Numbered from the stretch's first letter, positions 19,752 to 30,094 are shown. The stretch: 64,000 nucleotides of DNA from Actinomycetota bacterium (GCA_046048135.1 JBJOGR010000009.1:18255-82254), one strand, 5' to 3'. Numbers and translations are program-made. Notes: generated by a model from the sequence alone, not told the origin.

Positions 19752-20536
19752 GTCATCCTCGCTATTGGTCCATCAGGTCTATTTTTTCTTTCACCAAAAA
19801 TTTTAGTTGCAATATTATTCAGTTCATTGTCTGTTATTCTTCTAAAACCTTGCGCATCAACTACAGAAACAATTGGATAAATTTCTCTCGTCAAATCAAT
19901 TCCTGCAGTCGCCGAATCTTCCTCAGCTGCGTCATATAGAGATTCTAAAGAAATTCTTATTGCCATTTTTTCATCCAATTTGTCTGAATACATTTTTTTC
20001 ATGGAAGATTTAGCAAAGATTGAACCTGACCCAACAGCGTAATAATCATGTTCTTCGTATCGTCCGCCAGTAACATCGTAAGAAAAAACTCTGCCCTTAT
20101 TTTGGTCTTTATCGTAAGCAGCAAATAAAGGTATCGCAGCTAATCCTTGAAAAGCTAAACCTAAATTTCCACGTAAGAGAACGCTTAAACGATTAGCCTT
20201 TCCCACAACGGAAAGATGAGTACCTTCGATTTTCTCGTAATGCTCCAATTCTATTTGAAATAATTTAACAAGTTCTAAAGCAATTCCAGCGCTTCCTGCA
20301 ATACCTATTATTGATTCATTATCAGCTGGAAAAACTTTTTCAATATCTTTTTGTGCTACAAGGTTTCCGATAGTTGCTCTTCGATCTCCTGCCATTAAAA
20401 CGCCATCTTTATAAACAATTGCAACGATAGTTGTAGCTTGAGGTGGCATATCACTTGATTTATTTAACAATTCGTTATTTATGTACTTTTTTTCGTTTAA
20501 GTATTCAGAAAAAGAACTAGTAAAGTCTAATGCCAC
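19748..20536 (-). CDS. prcB: 20S proteasome beta subunit (with propeptide)
   Basis: TTIVA N-terminal nucleophile after a 34-aa propeptide; AGDRRAT, GSGS, D.ATAG. Confidence 0.97.
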   Translation of the reverse strand: MALDFTSSFSEYLNEKKYINNELLNKSSDMPPQATTIVAIVYKDGVLMAGDRRATIGNLVAQKDIEKVFPADNESIIGIAGSAGIALELVKLFQIELEHYEKIEGTHLSVVGKANRLSVLLRGNLGLAFQGLAAIPLFAAYDKDQNKGRVFSYDVTGGRYEEHDYYAVGSGSIFAKSSMKKMYSDKLDEKMAIRISLESLYDAAEEDSATAGIDLTREIYPIVSVVDAQGFRRITDNELNNIATKIFGERKNRPDGPIARMT

Positions 20537-20716
20537 TTATTGTCCGCCTTTTTGAATAAAACCTTTAACAAATTCTTCAGCATTCTTTTCTAAAACGGCA
20601 TCAATTTCTTCAAGCACAGAATCTATATCTTTAGTATTGGGAGCAGTAAAAACCTGATTTTGATCTGCATCAACAGAGAAACTCGAATCACTACTTTTCC
20701 TTATTTGTTCTGACAA
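20537..20716 (-). CDS. pup: Prokaryotic ubiquitin-like protein Pup (C-terminal GGQ)
   Basis: IDSVLEEIDAVLEKNAEEFVKGFIQKGGQ; probable TTG start at 20716 after SD GAGGAG. Confidence 0.96.
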   Translation of the reverse strand: MSEQIRKSSDSSFSVDADQNQVFTAPNTKDIDSVLEEIDAVLEKNAEEFVKGFIQKGGQ

Positions 20717-20737
20717 CTTGACTCCTCTACTCAAATA

Positions 20738-22246
20738 TTACCGATGCGTGCTCATCTTAGTTAGAACACTCACCAAATCTTGTATGTTTTTAGCCTGATC
20801 CAAAATTTCAGAGTGAGTATCAAAATTGAAACTATATGGATCTGTTGTAGGTATTCGAATGAGAGAATCATTTGGGTCTAAATCCAGGATGACATTATCC
20901 CAAGATGCGGCTGATATGTAGCGGGGATATTTTTTCAACATATTGGCTCTAAAAAATGCTCTCGTTGTCGACGGCGGATTGGTTTCACAAAAATCAATTT
21001 CGGATTCATTAAAGAAACTATGGATAATTCCATTATCCTTCAAGATTTTGAAAATATTTTTATCTTTAGAAATTTCTGAATATTGAAAATCAATAGTTTT
21101 TACGATATCACTAGAATTTGTTTTTGAATCTTCGCTAATTCTATCCATCAAATACTTCTTTGTTAACCAATCAATTTTTCCAATTAAATTTGATTGATTA
21201 TTTTTTAGTGCTTCCAAGGACAATTTCCACATATTGATAATCTCTGTGAAATAGTTAGAATTTGCCACTTTAGAATTAAAATCAATAGCTCTAGTTAAAA
21301 ACATATTTTGTAAATCAAGAGCAGTTAAAGATAATCCAGATGCAAGATTTATTTTTCTATTTAAGGATAAATCTTGAGAGATTGCTTTTAAAGAACCAAC
21401 AGGATCAACAATCTCACATTCAAAACCATTTAAGAAATCTGCTTCAATCATTGCAAGAACAAGATCAGTTGATCCAATTTTCAATATATTTGCAAATTCA
21501 CACATATTGGCATCCCCAATAATCAGATGCAAACGACGAAATTTCGTTGAATCTGCGTGTGGCTCATCTCTTGTATTAATTATCGGTCTTCGTAAGGTTG
21601 TTTCTAAGCCAACTAAAGTTTCAATATAATCTGCTCTTTGACTTATCTGAAAAGAATTATTTTGAGGAAGCTGACCAACTCCAACTCTGCCAGCTCCTGT
21701 AAATATTTGACGAGTTACCAAAAATGGAGTTAGGAAGAATACAATTTTGTTAAATTCAGTTGTTCGCTTCATTAGATAATTTTCATGAGTTCCATAAGAT
21801 GCACCCTTGTTATCTATATTGTTTTTAAATATCCGAATCGGATCATTTGGAAATATCGATTTATCAAGCTCAATCGCTTTTTTAATGACCTTTTCACCAG
21901 CAAGATCCCATTTGACTGCGTCAAATGCATTTGTTGTTTCTGGAGCTGAATACTCTGGATGGGCGTGATCAACGTAAAATCTTGCACCATTATGAATAAC
22001 AATGTTTGCAATAGTTTGATCTTCGTCAGTTAATAAAGATGGATCAGCTTCAGATCGTGTTAAATCAAAACCTCTTGCATCCCGCAAAGGATTTTCTAAG
22101 TCATAATCCCATCTAATGTTTCTTTCAGGATATAAAAATTTGGCATAAGCATTAACTAATCTTGTAGACAAAGTTATAGGGTCAGTCCCTAAAAGACTTG
22201 AAATTCCATACTCATTTTCAAGTCCCATGATTCTTCTAAATTCCAT
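20738..22246 (-). CDS. dop: Pup deamidase/depupylase
   Basis: RIMGLENEYG, WDYDLENPLRDARGFD Dop loop, NGARFYVDHAHPEYS, AASWD. Confidence 0.96.
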   Translation of the reverse strand: MEFRRIMGLENEYGISSLLGTDPITLSTRLVNAYAKFLYPERNIRWDYDLENPLRDARGFDLTRSEADPSLLTDEDQTIANIVIHNGARFYVDHAHPEYSAPETTNAFDAVKWDLAGEKVIKKAIELDKSIFPNDPIRIFKNNIDNKGASYGTHENYLMKRTTEFNKIVFFLTPFLVTRQIFTGAGRVGVGQLPQNNSFQISQRADYIETLVGLETTLRRPIINTRDEPHADSTKFRRLHLIIGDANMCEFANILKIGSTDLVLAMIEADFLNGFECEIVDPVGSLKAISQDLSLNRKINLASGLSLTALDLQNMFLTRAIDFNSKVANSNYFTEIINMWKLSLEALKNNQSNLIGKIDWLTKKYLMDRISEDSKTNSSDIVKTIDFQYSEISKDKNIFKILKDNGIIHSFFNESEIDFCETNPPSTTRAFFRANMLKKYPRYISAASWDNVILDLDPNDSLIRIPTTDPYSFNFDTHSEILDQAKNIQDLVSVLTKMSTHR

Positions 22247-22256
22247 GGATTTTAAA

Positions 22257-23903
22257 TTATAAATATTGACCTGTGGAACCTATAGTTTCAATTGACCTAC
22301 CAGGTTCTTCACCTTGTTTACTTTGAATCAATGTTCTTAAAAATACGATTCGTTCACCTTTTTTACCAGAAATTCGTGCCCAATCATCAGGATTAGTTGA
22401 ATTAGGTAAATCTTCGTTTTCTCTAAATTCTTCCTGACACGCACTAAGAATATGTTCTACACGAATACCTTTTTTGTTATTTCTCAAAAATTCTTTAATC
22501 GCATTTTTCTTGGCTCTTGAAACAATATTTTCAAGCATTGCGCCACTTGCAAAATCTTTAAAATATAATACTTCTTTATCGCCATTTGCATATGTTACTT
22601 CAATAAATCTATTTTCATCTGAATCGTTATACATTCTTTCAACAGCTCTTTGAATCATAGATTTAACTGTTAAAGTTTTATCTCCATTGTGTTGTCTTAA
22701 ATCATCTTCGCTTAAAGGCAAATCAGGCGTCAAATATTTAGAAAGAATCTCCGCTGCACCTTGGGCATCTGGTCTCTCAATTTTAATTTTTACATCTAAT
22801 CTTCCTGGTCTAAGAATTGCTGGATCAATCATGTCTTCCCTATTTGAAGCTCCAATAACTATGACATTTTCTAATCCTTCAACTCCATCAATCTCACTTA
22901 ATAATTGAGGAACAATAGTGTTTTCAACATCGCTTGAAACTCCACTTCCTCTAGTTTTAAATAACGAATCCATCTCGTCAAAAAAAACAATAACTGGATA
23001 TCCCTCACTTGCTTTGTCTCTTGCGCGTTGGAAGATCAACCTGATATGTCTTTCAGTTTCACCGACATATTTATTTAACAATTCAGGACCTTTAATGTTT
23101 AGAAAGAAAGATCTTGCACTATTGCTCTGAAAATTTTCTGAGACTTTTTTAGCTAATGAATTAGCAACTGCTTTAGCAATCAAAGTCTTACCACAGCCTG
23201 GAGGGCCGTAAAGAAGAATTCCTTTTGGTGCTCTCAATTGATGTTCGGTATATAGATCCTTATGTAAAAAAGGTAACTCAACGGCGTCTCTAATTTGTTC
23301 TATTTGACTTCCTAGACCACCGATATCCTCATAGTCGACATCTGGAACTTCTTCTAAAACTAATTCTTCAACTTCACTTTTTGGAATCTTTTCGTAAATA
23401 AAACCACTTTTATTATCAAGAATTAAGGAATCGCCAACTTTTATTTCAGTACTATTTAATGATTCGGCAATTCTAACTACTTTTTCTTCATCTGCTCGAC
23501 CAATTACAACTGCTCTATTTTCATCATCCAAGACACTTTTTAAAGTTACAAGCTCTCCAGCTTTTTCAAATCCATGCACAGAGATTATGTTCATGGAATC
23601 GTTAAGTACTACTTCTCGTCCAGGAAGTAGATTTTTTTTATCTATATCTGGAGATACTGTTACACGCATTTTTCTACCATTTATCAAAACGTCAGCGTCT
23701 TTTTCATGCATCTCTAAAAAAATTCCAAAACCGGAAGGAGGACTACCTAACTGTTCTACTTGTTCTTTTAGATTAAATAATTGATTTCTTGCTTCTGTTA
23801 AAAGATTTGATAATTCTTGATTCTTAAATTTTAAATCATTTACTAATTTTTCAAATTCTTCATGGGTAGGATTATTTTGATTCTCAGACAATTTTTCCTC
23901 CAT
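22257..23903 (-). CDS. arc: Proteasome ATPase ARC/Mpa
   Basis: N-terminal coiled coil, [15 protein letters not shown]-terminal GQYL docking motif. Confidence 0.98.
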   Translation of the reverse strand: MEEKLSENQNNPTHEEFEKLVNDLKFKNQELSNLLTEARNQLFNLKEQVEQLGSPPSGFGIFLEMHEKDADVLINGRKMRVTVSPDIDKKNLLPGREVVLNDSMNIISVHGFEKAGELVTLKSVLDDENRAVVIGRADEEKVVRIAESLNSTEIKVGDSLILDNKSGFIYEKIPKSEVEELVLEEVPDVDYEDIGGLGSQIEQIRDAVELPFLHKDLYTEHQLRAPKGILLYGPPGCGKTLIAKAVANSLAKKVSENFQSNSARSFFLNIKGPELLNKYVGETERHIRLIFQRARDKASEGYPVIVFFDEMDSLFKTRGSGVSSDVENTIVPQLLSEIDGVEGLENVIVIGASNREDMIDPAILRPGRLDVKIKIERPDAQGAAEILSKYLTPDLPLSEDDLRQHNGDKTLTVKSMIQRAVERMYNDSDENRFIEVTYANGDKEVLYFKDFASGAMLENIVSRAKKNAIKEFLRNNKKGIRVEHILSACQEEFRENEDLPNSTNPDDWARISGKKGERIVFLRTLIQSKQGEEPGRSIETIGSTGQYL

Positions 23904-23939
23904 GTTTTACAAACATTCTAACTAAGTATTGAGAAGTCT

Positions 23940-24791
23940 TTACACGCTTGGTGATTCGTAATCGACTCCGTATGCTCCTTTTGCTGGTTTTTGTCTTTTT
24001 ACTGGAAATTTAAATCCATCTGCCATTCGTCTTGTGTGAACCAAAAAACCCGTGTGGCCATTCATTTTGTGTTTTGGTCTAACGGACAATCCTTGTAAGT
24101 GCCACTCGCGATACATAGTTTCTGATGCAATGGGATCAGTCCACTTTCCACTTAATTTAAGTGTCTCAGCAAGTTTTGACATTTGAGTGGTAGTTGCAAC
24201 ATAGCAAACCAAATGACCACCAGGTTTAAGAATTGAGAATACATTTTCAACCATATCCCAAGGATTTAAAAGATCTAAAATAATTGAGTCATAAACAATA
24301 TCACTTCTAAAATCTTTAATATCGATCAAAGAAACTTCCCAATATTTAGGAATTTGTTTCATAAACTTTAAGACATTCTTTTTTGCAACATTTATAAAAT
24401 CTTCATTAATTTCACAAGAATGTAAAGTACCCGACTCTCCTATGGTTTTTAAAATATGCAATGAAAGAGAACCTGAACCGACTCCTGCTTCCAGTACTCT
24501 TGAACCGTTTTTAACGTCGGCTAATTCAATAATTTGAGCTGCATCCTTAGGGTAAATAACTGCGGCACCTCTAGGCATATTGACGACATAATCTTGTAAT
24601 GAAGGTGTAAATATTGTGTACTGCATTCCATTGGTGCTCGCTATTACACTTCCTTCACCTAAATTTTTAACATCGTCGTGATTTATTGAGCCATGCGTTG
24701 TAAAAAACTGTTTACCTTGCTCCAAAACAAGAGTGTGATTACGACCTTTTTGGTCTGAAAGAATTACCAAGTTTCCGTAATCAAGTGTCAT
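23940..24791 (-). CDS. trmI: tRNA (adenine58-N1)-methyltransferase
   Basis: MPRGAAVIYPKD, EAGVGSGSLS, D...PW, HTGFL; upstream of arc as in mycobacteria. Confidence 0.93.
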   Translation of the reverse strand: MTLDYGNLVILSDQKGRNHTLVLEQGKQFFTTHGSINHDDVKNLGEGSVIASTNGMQYTIFTPSLQDYVVNMPRGAAVIYPKDAAQIIELADVKNGSRVLEAGVGSGSLSLHILKTIGESGTLHSCEINEDFINVAKKNVLKFMKQIPKYWEVSLIDIKDFRSDIVYDSIILDLLNPWDMVENVFSILKPGGHLVCYVATTTQMSKLAETLKLSGKWTDPIASETMYREWHLQGLSVRPKHKMNGHTGFLVHTRRMADGFKFPVKRQKPAKGAYGVDYESPSV

Positions 24792-24819
24792 AATTCATAA
24801 TTCTAGATAATTATTACTT

Positions 24820-24841
24820 TGTCAGATCTTTGCCCTAAGGT
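24820..24841 (+). promoter_or_regulatory. PafBC-type (RecA-NDp) DNA-damage promoter
   Basis: TGTCAG-N10-TAAGGT, ending 6 nt before the ATG at 24848. Confidence 0.8.
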
Positions 24842-24847
24842 GTAATC

Positions 24848-25654
24848 ATGGAAACAACAATATTGTCACTCTCGCCATCAAGAATTTCAGATTTTCAACA
24901 ATGTCCTCAACTTTATAAATATCGAGCCATAGACAAATTACCTGAAAGACCTGGTATAGACGCTTTGAGAGGATCAATTGTTCATTTAATTTTAGAAGAC
25001 CTATTTAAGCTTGAAAAAAATCAAAGGAGCTTTGAATGGGCAGTAAAAGATATTGATAAATACATAGATAAAATTCTTGAAGAAGATTTTAATTATTATT
25101 GTGCTATCGATTCATCTTTAGATTTTCCAATTGATACATCCATTAATGTCGATCAAGATAAGATTCAAAACTTAATATCTGAAATAAAAATTTTATTGGC
25201 AAACTATTTTCAAATAGAAGATCCGACAAGAATCGAGCCGAATTCCACAGAAGAATTAATAGAACACATTTTGACAGATAATATTTATCTAAAGGGCTAT
25301 GTTGATCGAATAGATGTTTCGCCCCAAGGATGGATAAGGATAAATGACTACAAAACCGGTAAGTCTCCAAATGAGAATTTTCAGTCTAAGGTTTTATTTC
25401 AGTTAAAATTTTATGCATTTGTAATTTATAAAAAGACCGGAAAACTGGCTAAACAATTACGATTATTATATTTAAAAGATTCCAACATCTTAAGTTATGA
25501 ACCTTCAGAAACAGATTTAGAAATTACTGAGAAAAAAATTCTTTCAATTGCACAAGATATCAACACTTCAATAGTTGAGAATTCTTTTGCTCCAAAAACA
25601 TCAAAATTATGTGAATATTGTTATTTCAAAAGCATATGTCCTGCTTTTAATTAA
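24848..25654 (+). CDS. RecB-family PD-(D/E)xK exonuclease with Fe-S cysteines (Rv2119-like)
   Basis: LSPSR..DF.QCP, GYVDRID, DYKTGK, QL.FY, CEYCYFKSICP. Confidence 0.9.
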   Translation: METTILSLSPSRISDFQQCPQLYKYRAIDKLPERPGIDALRGSIVHLILEDLFKLEKNQRSFEWAVKDIDKYIDKILEEDFNYYCAIDSSLDFPIDTSINVDQDKIQNLISEIKILLANYFQIEDPTRIEPNSTEELIEHILTDNIYLKGYVDRIDVSPQGWIRINDYKTGKSPNENFQSKVLFQLKFYAFVIYKKTGKLAKQLRLLYLKDSNILSYEPSETDLEITEKKILSIAQDINTSIVENSFAPKTSKLCEYCYFKSICPAFN

Positions 25655-26328
25655 ATACTTTGCCATTCTTTAACTAATTCTTGATGAATTACTTTTAAAT
25701 CTTTTAAACCTAAACCCTGCAGTCCGTTTAAAATTCTCATTCCTCTTCTGGCATCCAGAAGAACTCGATCAGGTACGGCAATGGTGGGAACTCCTGCTCC
25801 TAAAGAACTTGTTATTCCCGTATTTGAATCTTCGAAAGCCAAACAATCTAGAACATCTAACCCAAAATGTCGAGCTGCTGCTAAATAAGGTTCGGGATGA
25901 GGTTTAGTTTCAGTGACATCATCTGAAGTTATTACTAAATCAAAAAAATCTTGATAAGAATTATTGATTAATAGGGCATCTGCTAACACTCGATTAGAAG
26001 CAGTAACTAACGCAATTTTAATTCCCTGTTTTTTAGATTCTTTTATAATATCTTTCCAACCCGGAAGAAGTTCAGACTTATATTTTGAAAAACTATTTAA
26101 CATTTCTTCAACAATTTGATCAAAAATAATTTCAGATTTTACATTTGCTTTTGCCCCCATGTATTCAACAACTTTGAAAAGTGGCCCACCTATGGCTTGA
26201 TTTTGATCATCTTCTTCCCAAGTTGAGCCATGCAACTCCATAACTCGTCTCTCGGCAGCCCACCACCTACTTTCGGTTTCAACGAGCGTGCCATCCATAT
26301 CTATTAATAACGCACGCAATTTGGACAA
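25651..26328 (-). CDS. HAD-family phosphatase
   Basis: DMDGTL, KPHPEPY and FEDSNTG motifs. Confidence 0.92.
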   Translation of the reverse strand: MSKLRALLIDMDGTLVETESRWWAAERRVMELHGSTWEEDDQNQAIGGPLFKVVEYMGAKANVKSEIIFDQIVEEMLNSFSKYKSELLPGWKDIIKESKKQGIKIALVTASNRVLADALLINNSYQDFFDLVITSDDVTETKPHPEPYLAAARHFGLDVLDCLAFEDSNTGITSSLGAGVPTIAVPDRVLLDARRGMRILNGLQGLGLKDLKVIHQELVKEWQSI

Positions 26329-26443
26329 ACTCCTTATTCAATGGGGATACATTGGTCAATTATGCAAATACATCCAACCTTATGTAGATTAGAGATTACT
26401 TTGAAATCATGCATTTTGAGCGTATTTAACTCTCAGGAGGAAC

Positions 26444-27298
26444 GTGAATTTAGACATTAAATCTGTAAAAGAATATCTAGGCAAAAATCCAGTTGCCATA
26501 TGTTCTTTTTTAGGTTGGAACGATGCAGCAGAGACTGCATCTAATGTCATTGACCATCTAATTGAAGTATGGGATGCAACTGAAATAACTTCCATTGATC
26601 CAGATCCTTATTACGATTTTCAAGTGGCACGTCCTCGTGTGCGTCTTACAGATGAAGGTAAGCGAGTTATCGATTGGCCTACAACCCGTATTTTTTTAGC
26701 AGATCCTCCTGGATCTCCAAATTCAATTCTTCTAGTCCAAGGCATAGAACCAAATTTAAAATGGAAAAATTTTGTAAGTGAACTATTAGATATTTTTGAC
26801 GACTATGAAGTCTCTCTAATTATTTCTTGTGGTGCATTGTTAGCAGATGCGCCACATACAAGACCTGTTCCAGTTACAACTGTGGCTGCAACACCAGAAC
26901 TAACTGAGAATTTAGATTTAGAACCATCTGCCTATGAAGGTCCAACAGGAATAATTGGAGTAGTCCAGGACGAGGCTACTGAGCGCGATATTGCTTCGAT
27001 TTCGTTATGGGCTGCGATACCTCACTATGTTTCTTCACCACCAAATCCCAAAGCAACACTTGCTGTTATTTCAAAATTAGAAGATTTGTTGGATATTTCA
27101 ATTCCGCTAAATGATTTGATCGATGAATCAAGAGCATGGCAAGAAGGTGTTGACCAACTCTCAGCCGAAGACGATGAAATTAAAGAATATGTAACAAAAT
27201 TAGAGTCATCTGTGGATGCATCTGATCTACCTGAAGCTAGCGGAGAAGCTATTGCAAGAGAATTTGAACGATATCTAAAACGAAGAACTAAAGACTAA
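26444..27298 (+). CDS. PAC2 family (proteasome assembly chaperone-like) protein
   Basis: GWNDAA, YYDFQ..RP, ADAPHTRP, YEGPTGI, WAAIPHYV; SD AGGAGG. Confidence 0.92.
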   Translation: MNLDIKSVKEYLGKNPVAICSFLGWNDAAETASNVIDHLIEVWDATEITSIDPDPYYDFQVARPRVRLTDEGKRVIDWPTTRIFLADPPGSPNSILLVQGIEPNLKWKNFVSELLDIFDDYEVSLIISCGALLADAPHTRPVPVTTVAATPELTENLDLEPSAYEGPTGIIGVVQDEATERDIASISLWAAIPHYVSSPPNPKATLAVISKLEDLLDISIPLNDLIDESRAWQEGVDQLSAEDDEIKEYVTKLESSVDASDLPEASGEAIAREFERYLKRRTKD

Positions 27299-28887
27299 CT
27301 TTTCCTGTAAATCTTGAGGTTTTCTTCTGTGGACTGATCAAATTTATCTTTACTGTCCCCTTTTATTTTTTTATAAATCTGTTTAGCATTTGATTTACCA
27401 AGTTCGACTCCAAATTGATCAAAAGAGTTAATATTTAAAATAAACCCTTGAAGCATAATGCTTATTTCATAGAACGATATTAATTGACCTAAGTTATAAG
27501 CATCTAGCTGTTCAAGCCAAACAATATTGGAAGGCCGATTACCAGGCATAACTTTATGTTTAACTAAATCAGGAAGCGTTTTTTCTCTTTTTAACTCTTT
27601 CTCATTTTTTCCACTCATCATCGTCATACTTTGAGCAAGAGCATTTGCAACCAATTGATCATTAAATAATTTATCTTTCCCATAATTATTTTTAATTAGA
27701 ATAAAATCAACGGGAATAACTTGATTACCTTGTTGAATCATTTGGAAGAATGAATGTTGAGAATTAGTACCCGGTTCCCCAAAAATTATGGGTGAGTTAA
27801 GTAATTTAGATTTCTTACCATTTAATTGGACGCTTTTTCCATTGCTTTCCATCCAGGTCTGTTGTAGAAATGCTGGAAATTTAGAAAGAAGTGACGAATA
27901 AGGGATAATTGCTAAAGAATAAAAATTCATGAAATTTAAATTCCATACACTTACAATCGCATGCCAAAAAGAAGGATTATCTTTTAAATCACATTTGCTC
28001 AATACCTTGTCATATTCACCAGCCCCTTTCTTCATTTGGATAAAAGTTTTAGAACCATAACCTAGTGCAATTGAAAGACCAACTGAACTAAATAGCGAAT
28101 ACCTACCCCCTACCCAATCCCAAAACAAGAAAGTGCGATCTTCGTTTATTCCAAATTTTTTACTTTGGGATATATCAGTGGTTATTGCAACTATGTTTTC
28201 TGAAACATTTTTTTTTGAATCGTTATTTTGAAGCCATCTTTGAATATATTTTGCATTTTCTAGTGTTTCCAGAGTGGTGAAGGTTTTACTTATTATTAGT
28301 AACAAAGTTCTATTTGGGTTTAAACCTTTTAAAACAGTATCTAAATACACTTGATCAATATTGGATACAAAGTGTACATTCACTAATCCATCATGTTCAC
28401 TTTTTAAAGCCTCATAAATCATGTTGGGACCAAGATCAGATCCGCCAATACCAACACTTATTACATCAGTAAAAGTCTCATTACTAAAACTCTTTATTGC
28501 ACCTTTTCTAACATCATCTGCATATTTTAAGAATTTTTTCTCTTCAATTCCTATTTGTTTTATATATTCATTTGAATCAGAATCATGGTTTTCTTTCCTT
28601 AGCCAGAAGTGACCAACCTGTCTATTTTCAGTGATATTGACTTTGTTTCCATTCAATAAGTCCGTGATCCTTTTTTTAATATCTGTATTAGAAATTAAAT
28701 TTTGAAATACTTTCTTAGTGGCATTATCAATAAAATTTTTACTGTAATCAAAATTTATACTTGAAAAATCAGCACTAAATTTTTGGTAACGCTTTATGTC
28801 TCTTTTGAATAAATTGATTAAATCTGTATTTTTGAGTTTTATAGAAGCTTTTTTTAACTTTACAGAATCTTTAGCTTTAATTATCAC
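27295..28887 (-). CDS. pgi: Glucose-6-phosphate isomerase
   Basis: GIGGSDLGP, SKTFTT.ET, WVGGRYS, MESNGK, GTNSQH, FDQFGVELGK. Confidence 0.96.
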   Translation of the reverse strand: MIIKAKDSVKLKKASIKLKNTDLINLFKRDIKRYQKFSADFSSINFDYSKNFIDNATKKVFQNLISNTDIKKRITDLLNGNKVNITENRQVGHFWLRKENHDSDSNEYIKQIGIEEKKFLKYADDVRKGAIKSFSNETFTDVISVGIGGSDLGPNMIYEALKSEHDGLVNVHFVSNIDQVYLDTVLKGLNPNRTLLLIISKTFTTLETLENAKYIQRWLQNNDSKKNVSENIVAITTDISQSKKFGINEDRTFLFWDWVGGRYSLFSSVGLSIALGYGSKTFIQMKKGAGEYDKVLSKCDLKDNPSFWHAIVSVWNLNFMNFYSLAIIPYSSLLSKFPAFLQQTWMESNGKSVQLNGKKSKLLNSPIIFGEPGTNSQHSFFQMIQQGNQVIPVDFILIKNNYGKDKLFNDQLVANALAQSMTMMSGKNEKELKREKTLPDLVKHKVMPGNRPSNIVWLEQLDAYNLGQLISFYEISIMLQGFILNINSFDQFGVELGKSNAKQIYKKIKGDSKDKFDQSTEENLKIYRKS

Positions 28888-28888
28888 T

Positions 28889-30094
28889 CTAAAAACTCAA
28901 TCCGAATAGATTATTCATTACTAAATCTAATGATACCAAATCACTATTTTCTTCAAATTTTTCAATATTTAAAACAAATTCTATGGCTGAAGCAAAGTCT
29001 AAATTATTCAATATTAAATCAAGTATTGAATCAAGATCTTTAAATCCAATAAACTTTGATTTCAAACTTCTTAATTGATCTAGGACTGCCACTAACTTTT
29101 CAATTTCAACGAATTCAAACTCCCAATCTTCATCCCATTTTTTTGAAATGAGCATTAATCTGATTAATAGTGGGTCAATTCCTTTATTTATCAACTGGTG
29201 TACAAAAACGAGATTCCCTTTGGATTTACTCATTTTGCTTCCCTCATAAGCAACCATTCCAACGTGACAAAAGATCTGAGCGAAATCTGAATTTTTGGTT
29301 ATTTTTGTAATTTCATCGCACATTGCATGATGTGGATATATTAAATCTTTACCTCCACCTTGAATATCAAAAGGTAATTTTAAATACTTTTGCGCCAAAC
29401 TTACACACTGAATATGCCATCCAGGTCTTCCATTCCCAAAATTTGTTTTCCATTCTGGCTCGTCACTTGCAGATGCCCTCCATAAAATCGGATCGAGTGG
29501 ATTTATTTTTCCTAAAGTTGTGACATCACAACCTCTTTCAGACGCTATTTGAATCAATTCATCATTACTCTTATTGCCTGCCAAGTGAGAGTTAAAATTT
29601 GATTGTTTTTTAAAGTATGTTTTGTCATTCAACCTATATGAATGATCCTTGATTTGATCAATTTCCTGAATAATTAAATCAATATTTTCCTCCACACCTA
29701 CAAAAAAATCTGGAGGAATGACATTTAATGCTCTCATATCATTTCTATAAATTTCTACCTGTTCTTTTACGATTTCTCGCCATGGCTGATTGCTTAATCT
29801 TGCTCTTTCAAACAGAGGATCATCTAAATCAGTTACATTCTGAGCATAAATTGTATCTTGGCCAATAAAATTAAGTACTCTAATAATTGAATCAAATGTT
29901 ACATAGGTAAACGCGTGTCCAAGATGTGCGGAATCGTAAGGAGTAATTCCACAAACATATAATTTTAAAGGTTCTGATTTTCTTAAAATTGAAGTTATTT
30001 TTTGATTACTAGATTCATATAGTCTTAATTGTTTTTGTAAGTAATTTTCTTGATTTTGAACCTTATAAAACTTAGGTTTCATCCAACTTTGCAT
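28889..30094 (-). CDS. mshC: Cysteine:GlcN-Ins ligase (mycothiol synthesis)
   Basis: MQSW start, CGITPYD.AHLGH, DDPLFERA, GRPGWHIQC, KMSKSKGNLV; no anticodon-binding domain. Confidence 0.93.
   Translation of the reverse strand: MQSWMKPKFYKVQNQENYLQKQLRLYESSNQKITSILRKSEPLKLYVCGITPYDSAHLGHAFTYVTFDSIIRVLNFIGQDTIYAQNVTDLDDPLFERARLSNQPWREIVKEQVEIYRNDMRALNVIPPDFFVGVEENIDLIIQEIDQIKDHSYRLNDKTYFKKQSNFNSHLAGNKSNDELIQIASERGCDVTTLGKINPLDPILWRASASDEPEWKTNFGNGRPGWHIQCVSLAQKYLKLPFDIQGGGKDLIYPHHAMCDEITKITKNSDFAQIFCHVGMVAYEGSKMSKSKGNLVFVHQLINKGIDPLLIRLMLISKKWDEDWEFEFVEIEKLVAVLDQLRSLKSKFIGFKDLDSILDLILNNLDFASAIEFVLNIEKFEENSDLVSLDLVMNNLFGLSF

Noticed and set aside
24848-25654. Cas4-like nuclease suggesting CRISPR or a defence system
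   Set aside because: No repeats or cas genes; its position beside trmI/arc and its PafBC promoter fit the housekeeping Rv2119-type repair nuclease.
28889-30094. Truncated cysteinyl-tRNA synthetase
   Set aside because: Length, N-terminal MQSW, DDPLFERA and context identify MshC.
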